Assembly (NCBI GenBank): GCA_021399345.1
Contig: JAAFKI010000113.1
Location: 1-14,960, forward strand
Length of the DNA stretch: 14,960 nucleotides
DNA from: Candidatus Heimdallarchaeota archaeon
Lineage (GTDB): Archaea > Asgardarchaeota > Heimdallarchaeia > Heimdallarchaeales > Heimdallarchaeaceae
Direction of reading: 5' to 3'
Both the position numbers and the translations under genes were made by a program. The notes beneath the pieces are model-generated. The model was not told where the DNA came from and ran no database searches. It saw nothing but the letters and a program-made list of their open reading frames with translations. Below, piece after piece: positions 8,055 through 14,960 of the stretch (position 1 is the first letter of the stretch; the number at the start of each line of letters is the position of its first letter).

Positions 8055-9227
8055 ATGAGTGAAAGATTTTGTACTAATTGTGGCACTAACTTAACAGGTG
8101 AAGCTGTTTTTTGCCACATGTGTGGAGCAAGTATACAAGATGTTCAAGGCGTTCCTACAGCTATGCCCATTAAGACAGATCCTCATCCTGGACCAGTTAA
8201 GAAATACGGACCAGTTCGTCCTTACAGGCCTGTCAGACAAAGACCTAAACTCCTAGGATTTGTGTTTGGAATGATTGCATTAATGGTAGTTCCATTTATC
8301 ATCATGGGTATCTTTGGAGCAATTAATTTTGCAGATATAGGAACATTGGACTTCGAAGTTAACTCATTTGCTTATCCTAATATGGATTTAGTGATTGATA
8401 ATGATGTAGGTTCTCTTGATATAACCTATGATGCAACATTGACTAAATTGATGGTAGCTACATTAGAAGTGAGAGGAAGACCAGGAGCAGATTTAGCAGA
8501 TGCGAGGAATTTTGTTAGTGCGGCGGATGGTTCAGATCATATTACTGTAAGTTTTAACTCAGGACCGCGTAGTTTTTGGTTTTGGGATAAAACAGTGTTT
8601 GATTATGATATAAATATAAAATTACATCCCTCAGTATATGCAAACTATACAATAGATACAGATACAGGAACCATTACAGTTTCCACAAATGGAATTGATA
8701 TGTTAAACTTCTCGAATATTAATATGCTAACTAATACTGGTAAAATATTCATGAACCTTGTAGGTTCCTCCAATACATCCATTCAGGAGTTGGAGTTACA
8801 TACAGATACTGGAAGAATAGATTTAAACCTAGGCGAACAAACCTATCTTAATACAGATGAAGTAATAGTTGAATCGGATACAGGTGGTATCTCCTTAACT
8901 TATGAGGATTTAATTGTTACTGGAGACATTGTTTGGGACATTCAGACAGAAACTGGAGGCATAACATTATCAATTACCCAGAATCTTGTTCTTCCTTATG
9001 AGTATGCTGCTGTGTTTCATGTAGATGCTGATACAGGTAGTATTACTGGTGTTTTCAATTTCAATTCAACTATAGGCTATAATATTTATGCAGATACAGC
9101 AACTGGAAATATAGATCTCCCTGGTTCTGGAGACTACTATGAAAACTCGGCTTATTCTGCTGCTGAAAACCTATACAGATTCACACTAACTACTGATACC
9201 GGTAATGTAATCGTTACAGCATTTTAA
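8055..9227 (+). CDS. Zinc-ribbon + transmembrane + DUF4097 (Toastrack-like) beta-repeat protein
   Basis: CTNCG...CHMCG zinc ribbon, Pro/Arg-rich linker and one TM helix (LLGFVFGMIALMVVPFIIMGIF). Eight repeats follow: TDTGTI, TNTGKI, TDTGRI, SDTGGI, TETGGI, ADTGSI, TATGNI, TDTGNV. AAGTGA RBS-like motif at 8043-8048. Confidence 0.82.
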   Translation: MSERFCTNCGTNLTGEAVFCHMCGASIQDVQGVPTAMPIKTDPHPGPVKKYGPVRPYRPVRQRPKLLGFVFGMIALMVVPFIIMGIFGAINFADIGTLDFEVNSFAYPNMDLVIDNDVGSLDITYDATLTKLMVATLEVRGRPGADLADARNFVSAADGSDHITVSFNSGPRSFWFWDKTVFDYDINIKLHPSVYANYTIDTDTGTITVSTNGIDMLNFSNINMLTNTGKIFMNLVGSSNTSIQELELHTDTGRIDLNLGEQTYLNTDEVIVESDTGGISLTYEDLIVTGDIVWDIQTETGGITLSITQNLVLPYEYAAVFHVDADTGSITGVFNFNSTIGYNIYADTATGNIDLPGSGDYYENSAYSAAENLYRFTLTTDTGNVIVTAF

Positions 9228-9251
9228 GCAAATAACAAATTTTTTTGGATG

Positions 9252-9683
9252 CTACAAAGCATCTATTATTTCTTTTACAATAGTAACTGCTTCGAAGACA
9301 GCTTCATCACATGTTTTTCTCCTTTCAGGATTTTCCATGTCAACTGATCCATCTGGTACAAAAAAATCATTTAGTATTTCTCTGCAGTAAAGTGTTCCTA
9401 CTTCTTCCTTGAATCTTTCTTTAAACCTTTTAGTCAGATCATAAATTGAATCTTTATCTAGTCCTTTCTCATATAATACTGAACTTAAACCAGCTAAGGC
9501 ACCAGTAACTGCCCCACAAACAGATCTTTCACCCATACCCCCGCCAAATGGAAGTAGTGCTTTTTTCAAAGTTTCTGAATGATGCTTGTATCCGTAGTAA
9601 TTGAGAATTCCACAAGCAGCTGCAATTGAGCAATTGAAATCGTTTTCCCAATATTTCTTAGTTTCATTTACAATATCCGACAT
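9252..9683 (-). CDS. C-GCAxxG-C-C family putative redox-active protein
   Basis: FNCS, FGGGMG, VCGAVTG, LYCREI and KTCD: the four-Cys family pattern. Confidence 0.9.
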   Translation of the reverse strand: MSDIVNETKKYWENDFNCSIAAACGILNYYGYKHHSETLKKALLPFGGGMGERSVCGAVTGALAGLSSVLYEKGLDKDSIYDLTKRFKERFKEEVGTLYCREILNDFFVPDGSVDMENPERRKTCDEAVFEAVTIVKEIIDAL

Positions 9684-9767
9684 GTCATGAAAGTTTTTCT
9701 AATTTTGTCTATAAGAATTTCTATTGAACAAGTTGAAGAATGGTCAATCGATTGTTTTGTAATGCTG

Positions 9768-10373
9768 TTATTCAGTTAAATGCTGAGCATCATTGAATTT
9801 GACTAAAGAGATTTTTCCATTTTCATACAGTTTTATGTGACTAATAGAACATGGTTTAACATAAAAATCCCAATAATGTGAAGGATGCGTTTCAGTTAAA
9901 TAAACAAAAATCAAATTGATAACTGCCCCATGTGTAACTAATGCTATAGTCTTTTCTGTTTGTTTCCTTAATCTCAAAAATAATCTGTGGAGTCTGTCTA
10001 GTACTTGATAGAATGTTTCTCCTCCTGGTATTAAAACATCATTTGGATTGGTTTTCCACTGCTTTTGCAGTTCTTCAGTAAAAACATCTTTACCTTTTTT
10101 TCCTTCCCACTCTCCAAATGAGATATCTAGTAATAATGGTTCTTCTACGATTTTTGCATTATTTTGGTTTTGAAGTATTTTTTCAGCTGTAACCTTTGTC
10201 CTAGATAGTTTACTGTGATATATTTTCTCAATAGGAATTTTTGTAAGTTTCTTACTTACTTCCTCAGCATGTTGTATTCCAAAATCAGACAAGGGGATAT
10301 CTTTTCTCCCTCTTATCCTTTCTTCACCTACATTAAATGCAGTTTCTCCATGTCGAATGATGTAAATATCCAT
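9768..10373 (-). CDS. Histidine phosphatase family protein (phosphoglycerate mutase-like/CobC-like)
   Basis: RHGET, SKLSRT, DISFGEWEG, PGGET and LVTHG motifs. AAGTGA RBS-like motif at 10378-10383 on the minus strand. Confidence 0.93.
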   Translation of the reverse strand: MDIYIIRHGETAFNVGEERIRGRKDIPLSDFGIQHAEEVSKKLTKIPIEKIYHSKLSRTKVTAEKILQNQNNAKIVEEPLLLDISFGEWEGKKGKDVFTEELQKQWKTNPNDVLIPGGETFYQVLDRLHRLFLRLRKQTEKTIALVTHGAVINLIFVYLTETHPSHYWDFYVKPCSISHIKLYENGKISLVKFNDAQHLTE

Positions 10374-10482
10374 TGTGTCACTTCTTCTTTATATTTTGAT
10401 GAAAAGTGTTAGACTTCTTGAATTTTTCTCAAAGTAGCTTTCTTGCATAAAATTCTTAATATACCAATTTTATAAGGGATTA

Positions 10483-11298
10483 ATGCAAGAAAAAATGAAC
10501 AAAGAATGGATGGATGAGTTCGAAAAGAACTATTCTCTCTACAGGAAAGAATGGGATTTTCACTACAATCAAGTAAAAGAGTTTATTTTGTCTTGTTTAC
10601 CAATGAGGACTAATCATTGGGGATTTATTGGTGTTACCAACAGAGTTCCTGAAATAGGTGACAAAATTCTTAATCGAGTTGCTAATATCTCTCTTTTAGA
10701 TATCAATCCTGAAGCATTAAAACGAGCTAGGATTCACCTCGCTTCAGTTTATGATTTCAAAACTGTAGAAGTTCTTAAATTTGATAATACTATGGGTTTC
10801 GTAACTTCAATATGTGAAATTTTTGAAAAATTTGAAGAAGAGGAATTACCAGAGAAAAAGCTACTTGATGCATTAACTAATTTTGAACCTTCTGAAATCA
10901 CATATCAAGGTGAAAGATATGATCTAGTAACCAATTTAGGAATAATGGATTATTATTTGATGCCACTATTTACTAAATACTGTCCTATGTTCAATAAACA
11001 GTATGATTCATTCTTTGAAATAATGCAAAAGCTAAACGATGAAGCTGCAAGGCTTTCTGTTCAAGTTCTAAAACAAATGCTCAATAAAAATGGGCAATTG
11101 ATAATTTCTACACCAATTGATCGTTTGCCTGAAGGGGAGGCGTGTAAGAAATCATTATTCTGGATAAATTCCATAGAAGATCATATCAAATCTGCTGGTT
11201 TAGTCATAAATAAAAAATCTACACATCAATGGGAAGAATATCCAGTAAAAGGTGGTCATTCACACACAATTTTGAATGTATGTTGCAAAAAAGAATAA
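10483..11298 (+). CDS. Hypothetical protein with a class I SAM-dependent methyltransferase-like pattern
   Basis: ISLLDINPEAL (post-motif I acid), YDLVTNLG (motif II-like) and MLNKNGQLII (motif III-like). The glycine-rich motif I is degenerate (WGFIGVTN). Confidence 0.6.
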   Translation: MQEKMNKEWMDEFEKNYSLYRKEWDFHYNQVKEFILSCLPMRTNHWGFIGVTNRVPEIGDKILNRVANISLLDINPEALKRARIHLASVYDFKTVEVLKFDNTMGFVTSICEIFEKFEEEELPEKKLLDALTNFEPSEITYQGERYDLVTNLGIMDYYLMPLFTKYCPMFNKQYDSFFEIMQKLNDEAARLSVQVLKQMLNKNGQLIISTPIDRLPEGEACKKSLFWINSIEDHIKSAGLVINKKSTHQWEEYPVKGGHSHTILNVCCKKE

Positions 11299-11301
11299 AG
11301 G

Positions 11302-11328
11302 GTATGAGAGAATGGCTAACTCTCATAC
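11302..11328. terminator. Perfect 9-bp hairpin between convergent genes
   Basis: GTATGAGAG (11302-11310), 9-nt loop, CTCTCATAC (11320-11328). It fills the 32-nt gap between the stops at 11298 and 11331. Confidence 0.55.
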
Positions 11329-11330
11329 AG

Positions 11331-12389
11331 TTAAGCAGTTCTTCTTCTTCTAAAGACCAAAACTAAACCTGTTATTATAAATAATGAAATAGCTGAGACA
11401 ATAAGTAACTCATTTCTAGATACAATTGGTAGTTCAAACCAAAAATCTGAACCAAGGAACCCCTCTGGTAATTTAAGCACTCCTGCTAAACCTATTTTAG
11501 GATCGTGAATAATAATATCTCCTCTTGGGTAATTCAAATATAACCATGTATCACCTTCATCAATTTGTAATGGGGATGATTTAACCTCTACTTCTATACC
11601 ATCAACAATAGCCGTATCAATCCATGAGAAGAATCCAGAATATTCACCAATGCTTATCTCTATTTCATTTTCTTCAAAGTCTGAACGTCCTTGATTTTCA
11701 TCTTCAGTTTCGTCTTCTTCATCATATTCAACTTCTACTTCTGATTCAAGTTCTACTTCAAGGGCTAAAATTGAGTCATCTTCGGTATAATTGAAGTTTT
11801 GTATACCAATATCTACCTTGATTTGTGTAGGAGCAACAACAACCCCATTGATATTCGCAAACTTTCCTGTGACATAGAGAGTTGCTGAGAATATTTCATC
11901 AACTGTTTCTACAGATAAAACGTGGACTGTTTCATTGTTTATAGTTTCAATAGTATATTCAATAGGATTGAAATTTTCTAGCAAAAGCTCCTGAACTGTT
12001 TCATCGTTAGTATCATTATATTTCCCATTTGCATCAAGGTCTCTATATTCAACAATTTTTGTAATTCTGATTTCGAATTCTATTTCAGTTTCATTTGTAT
12101 CAAATCCTTCTTCATACTCTAGATTGATATCTAATCCATCTCCACTCGTTTTCAGTTCTATCTGAAACTCATTTTCTATATCCTCACCTGTTGTCAGCGA
12201 TGAATCTATTATAACTTCGTTATAAGAATATACAATTTCAACCTCTCTCTTATTTTCCTCTTCATAGGAATCATTCACTCCATCATTATCCTCATCTTCA
12301 TTGTTAGCGTAAACGGGCAAATAAACAAAAGATAAAATAACTATCACAGCTAAGAATCCTCCCAAAAATAGTTTTCTTTTGTTCATCAT
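11331..12389 (-). CDS. Acidic type I membrane/surface protein (paralog A)
   Basis: Signal peptide ending VYA, Asp/Glu-rich ectodomain with DEDNDGVNDSYE and DLDANG loops, a YPRG-IIHDPKIG motif, C-terminal TM and an RRRR tail. AAGTGA RBS-like motif at 12397-12402. Confidence 0.85.
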   Translation of the reverse strand: MMNKRKLFLGGFLAVIVILSFVYLPVYANNEDEDNDGVNDSYEEENKREVEIVYSYNEVIIDSSLTTGEDIENEFQIELKTSGDGLDINLEYEEGFDTNETEIEFEIRITKIVEYRDLDANGKYNDTNDETVQELLLENFNPIEYTIETINNETVHVLSVETVDEIFSATLYVTGKFANINGVVVAPTQIKVDIGIQNFNYTEDDSILALEVELESEVEVEYDEEDETEDENQGRSDFEENEIEISIGEYSGFFSWIDTAIVDGIEVEVKSSPLQIDEGDTWLYLNYPRGDIIIHDPKIGLAGVLKLPEGFLGSDFWFELPIVSRNELLIVSAISLFIITGLVLVFRRRRTA

Positions 12390-12440
12390 TATAATTTCAC
12401 TTTATACACTTTTTCTATATTGCTATTAGTTTTTCACCAC

Positions 12441-12479
12441 ATATATAGTTTAACTTACATTTTTTTGTAGATTTTAGTA
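12441..12479. promoter_or_regulatory. Candidate operator TTACA-N6-TGTAG upstream of paralog A, next to a TATA-like element
   Basis: TTACA at 12455-12459 and TGTAG at 12466-12470; aligns by eye with 13627-13665. Confidence 0.5.
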
Positions 12480-12533
12480 TTATTTCTATTAATTTTCTTA
12501 GCGAAAATTACAAAAAATAATAGCGCAGGAGTT

Positions 12534-13559
12534 TTACTTCCTGTTCTTCTTTCTGATAAGTAAAGCTAATCCAGGTATAGTTAGTAATGCAGCTATGGCA
12601 ATGAATACCATGTTTGTGCTTCCAAGCTTAGATAATAAATCTGCCATTCCTACTTTTGGGTCATGAATAATTTCATTCCCTCTTGGGTAGTTTAGGTATA
12701 ATTTTGTCTCTTCATCACCTATATCTAAAGGAGTTGCCTTTACTTCTTGCAAAACACCATCAATCATTGCTGTTTCGATCCATGAGAAGAAACCAGAGTA
12801 ATCACCTAAATTAATATCAATTTCATATTCATCGTCTGAACGATTTTGAAGTTCATCTTCTGTTTCATCATCTTCTTCATAGTCTACTTCTTTTTCAGAT
12901 TCTAGTTTTACTTTAAGTGCCAAAACAGAATCTTCTTCTGTGTAGTTAAAGTTGTGAATACCAACATCTACCTTTACTTGGGTAGGTGCAACTATTACGT
13001 CGTTGATATTAGCGAATTTTCCTGAAGCATATAAAGTTGCAGAGAATACTTCATCAACTGTTTCTACATTGAATACATGTACAGTTTCATTGTTAATTAT
13101 TTCAACAGTATATACAATCGGTTTAAACTCATCTAGTTTGAGTACTTGAATTGTTTCATCATCTGAAGCAATGTATAATCCATCTACCACAAGATCTCTA
13201 TATTCAACAATCTCAGTAAACAGTATTTCGAATTCAATCTCTATTTCTACAGTATCATTTTCTTCTTCAAATTCTAGTTCGAATTCTAAACCTTCAGAAC
13301 TTGTCTTAATAGTAACATCAAACTCATTTTCGAATTCACCATTAGTCTCATATGAAGATTCTATTTTTGCTTCGTAATCAGAAACCTCTATTTCCACCTG
13401 TCTTTCATTCTCATCTTCATATTCATCATCTATACCATCCTCATCTTCATCTTCATGACTATCAGCATAAATAGGCATATAGATAAAAGATGAAATGACT
13501 AGCAAGGCTAAAAAGCCACCCAGAACCAGTTTTTGTGTTTTAACATTTTGTACCTTCAT
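12534..13559 (-). CDS. Acidic type I membrane/surface protein (paralog B)
   Basis: Collinear with paralog A (INNETVHV, FSATLY, VAPTQ.KVD.GI.NFNYTE, YSGFFSWI, LYLNYPRG, IIHDPK). Signal peptide ending IYA, C-terminal TM and an RKKNRK tail. Confidence 0.85.
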   Translation of the reverse strand: MKVQNVKTQKLVLGGFLALLVISSFIYMPIYADSHEDEDEDGIDDEYEDENERQVEIEVSDYEAKIESSYETNGEFENEFDVTIKTSSEGLEFELEFEEENDTVEIEIEFEILFTEIVEYRDLVVDGLYIASDDETIQVLKLDEFKPIVYTVEIINNETVHVFNVETVDEVFSATLYASGKFANINDVIVAPTQVKVDVGIHNFNYTEEDSVLALKVKLESEKEVDYEEDDETEDELQNRSDDEYEIDINLGDYSGFFSWIETAMIDGVLQEVKATPLDIGDEETKLYLNYPRGNEIIHDPKVGMADLLSKLGSTNMVFIAIAALLTIPGLALLIRKKNRK

Positions 13560-13617
13560 TTTTTGAACACCAGTTTTTGGTTAAACTTTCATTGGAATCG
13601 TTTGCTAAATAGATGAG

Positions 13618-13665
13618 TTTATAGGGAATTGTAGTTTTTTACTACAATTTTATGTAGGAATCAGT
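13618..13665. promoter_or_regulatory. TATA-like box plus overlapping palindromes upstream of paralog B
   Basis: Minus-strand TATAAA at 13618-13623. Perfect AATTGTAGT-N5-ACTACAATT at 13627-13649, overlapped by CTACA-N6-TGTAG at 13642-13657. Confidence 0.6.
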
Positions 13666-13697
13666 TTTTACCTTCTCTAGCTGATTTCTGAAGTCTT

Positions 13698-14537
13698 TTA
13701 CAAAAGGATAAAAATTAGTGCAAAAATCTGAGCATAGCTTACAAACATTGCAATTAATGCTGATTTATCAATTGAGAGTTCTTTGATTTCACCTAAAGCT
13801 GTAATTAGTACGAGAAAGCTCCATATCTGAAATACTCCGTGAAGAATTAACAAAACTATTGAGGGAACCAAGACAGTTGATCCAGAAGCTGCTCCCACTA
13901 ATGCCACTGTAAGAATAAAAAGAAATGATGGTAGGAAAATTAGATTACTGACATTCAGTAAGGTGAAGGGTTTTTGCTTTTTCCTATATCCAAATCTACT
14001 CAGAAGTTCAGCGAAACCTCCAACAAATAACCAACTACCAATTAGACTTACATAAGCTAGCCAAATGGGTACTTCTAAAGGTACAACAAAATTACCTACT
14101 ATCAGAATTTTATTTCCTGAACCAAGAAACACACTCACACCTGCTAAAATAACAAACTCTATCAAAGTATGTATTGGATTTTTTGCAAAGAATCTGATGA
14201 ATTTAGCAAGAGAAAATTTACCTATACTAAAGACTCTATGTTCTTCTTCTTTTTCTCGATATATTATCTCTACTTTTTTATCATCCCTTCCTTGAATGAT
14301 TTCAATAGCCTTTTTTCCTTCTTCAGTTAGATAATATTTTTTTTGTTTATCCTGATAAACAAATCGCTTGATTTGTCTCAAATGGTAGTAAAGAGGACCT
14401 GACTTGAGCTCAAATTTTTCTGTAAGCTGTGTATAGGTGACCCATTCTATCTCAGCAATGTACTCAAGAATACTGCGTCTGGTCGGATTCGATAAAGCTT
14501 TGAAATCAATAGCATCTACTTTAGAATCCTCAGACAT
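13698..14537 (-). CDS. Membrane-bound transcriptional regulator: ArsR-like winged HTH fused to a Yip1-like multi-TM domain
   Basis: FKALSNPTRRSIL, LYYHL and YYLTEEG mark the wHTH. About 5 TM segments follow, ending IWSFLVLITALGEIKELSIDKSALI, which is Yip1-like. Confidence 0.8.
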   Translation of the reverse strand: MSEDSKVDAIDFKALSNPTRRSILEYIAEIEWVTYTQLTEKFELKSGPLYYHLRQIKRFVYQDKQKKYYLTEEGKKAIEIIQGRDDKKVEIIYREKEEEHRVFSIGKFSLAKFIRFFAKNPIHTLIEFVILAGVSVFLGSGNKILIVGNFVVPLEVPIWLAYVSLIGSWLFVGGFAELLSRFGYRKKQKPFTLLNVSNLIFLPSFLFILTVALVGAASGSTVLVPSIVLLILHGVFQIWSFLVLITALGEIKELSIDKSALIAMFVSYAQIFALIFILL

Positions 14538-14545
14538 TATTAATC

Positions 14546-14578
14546 AACATCTATTTTCGTTTATAATATTTAGATGTT
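14546..14578. promoter_or_regulatory. 8-bp inverted repeat AACATCTA-N17-TAGATGTT bracketing a TATA-like box
   Basis: Arms at 14546-14553 and 14571-14578. Minus-strand TTATAAA at 14560-14566, about 23-29 nt before the regulator ATG. Confidence 0.45.
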
Positions 14579-14579
14579 T

Positions 14580-14960
14580 TCAAATACCCATTGTTTCATT
14601 TTCTCTGATGAAACTACTCATTTCCAGTTGTTCTAATAACTCTTTTCTAGGGTATCCTGTTTCAATATCATAGTTCCTATATTCATACCATTCTTTTAGT
14701 TGAATTTTGAAATCGGGTATATTTCCTTCAGTTGGTCCATCAAGTCTTTGTCTCATAACATTAGGTAGAACTTGAAGCTCTGGTTTCCAGCCTAATCTTA
14801 GATTTACTAATCTTTTAAGCGCATAAATTCTATCTCCAAGAAGAATTAGATCTTCTGAAGTATAATTACGATTAACTGCCATACCTAATAGATCAGCAAC
14901 CATAGGTGCTGGAGGATTATAAAAAACGCAAATAGTCATTGCATTATAAAGCTGTCTGTA
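14580..14960 (-). CDS. Aldehyde:ferredoxin oxidoreductase family protein, C-terminal part (5' end lies outside the window)
   Basis: GDRIYALKRLVNLRLG, LP, and LKEWYEYRNYDIETGYPRKELLEQL match the AOR C-terminal pattern. The frame stays open from 14939 to the window edge (YRQLYNA before the listed Met). Confidence 0.88.
   Translation of the reverse strand, partial: YRQLYNAMTICVFYNPPAPMVADLLGMAVNRNYTSEDLILLGDRIYALKRLVNLRLGWKPELQVLPNVMRQRLDGPTEGNIPDFKIQLKEWYEYRNYDIETGYPRKELLEQLEMSSFIRENETMGI

Noticed and set aside
8190-9215. Recurring GGACCAGTT and ACAGATAC(A/T)GG nucleotide repeats as a CRISPR or DNA repeat
   Set aside because: Short, irregularly spaced and explained by protein repeats (GPV, TDTG).
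9252-9701. Selenocysteine in the C-GCAxxG-C-C protein
   Set aside because: All four motif positions are ordinary Cys, there is no in-frame TGA, and the upstream frame closes at TAG.
9745-9754. 10-bp palindrome CAATCGATTG in an intergenic region
   Set aside because: Single short instance, expected by chance in 15 kb of AT-rich DNA.
10215-10412. Plus-strand 65 aa ORF
   Set aside because: Antisense overlap with the histidine phosphatase.
11331-12640. Archaeosortase (PGF/PEF-CTERM) sorting signals on the acidic proteins
   Set aside because: A TM helix and basic tail are present, but there is no shared PGF/PEF motif directly before the TM helix in both paralogs.
13171-14673. Plus-strand ORFs 13171-13377, 14065-14295 and 14437-14673
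   Set aside because: Antisense shadows. The Ser-rich content of the first mirrors Glu/Asp codons on the coding strand.
14580-14939. Stand-alone 119 aa protein or AOR pseudogene
   Set aside because: The frame is open to the window edge, so this is the cut-off end of a longer gene.

Overview
AT-rich, gene-dense prokaryotic window with 14 credible CDSs, no RNA genes, no CRISPR array and no mobile element. It is probably archaeal, and possibly Asgard (Heimdallarchaeia-like). That assignment is an inference from AGTGA/GGTG ribosome-binding motifs, TATA-like boxes, T-tract ends, an aldehyde:ferredoxin oxidoreductase (AOR) gene and sequon-rich surface proteins. Plus strand: alpha/beta hydrolase, two tandem DUF3160 paralogs, a PtpB/LipA-type Cys phosphatase, an MFS transporter, a small helical protein resembling the PspA/ESCRT-III hairpin, a zinc-ribbon/TM/DUF4097 (Toastrack) protein, and a methyltransferase-like protein. 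Minus strand: a C-GCAxxG-C-C protein, a histidine phosphatase, two tandem acidic type I membrane proteins, a wHTH-Yip1-like membrane regulator, and the 3' end of an AOR gene. Two candidate undescribed systems stand out. (1) A minimal Psp-like envelope-stress pair: a hairpin-only PspA-like protein beside a zinc-ribbon-Toastrack protein. (2) A membrane-bound wHTH regulator upstream of two acidic surface proteins whose upstream regions share a TACA-N6-TGTAG motif. All family calls come from motif recognition by eye; no database search was run.
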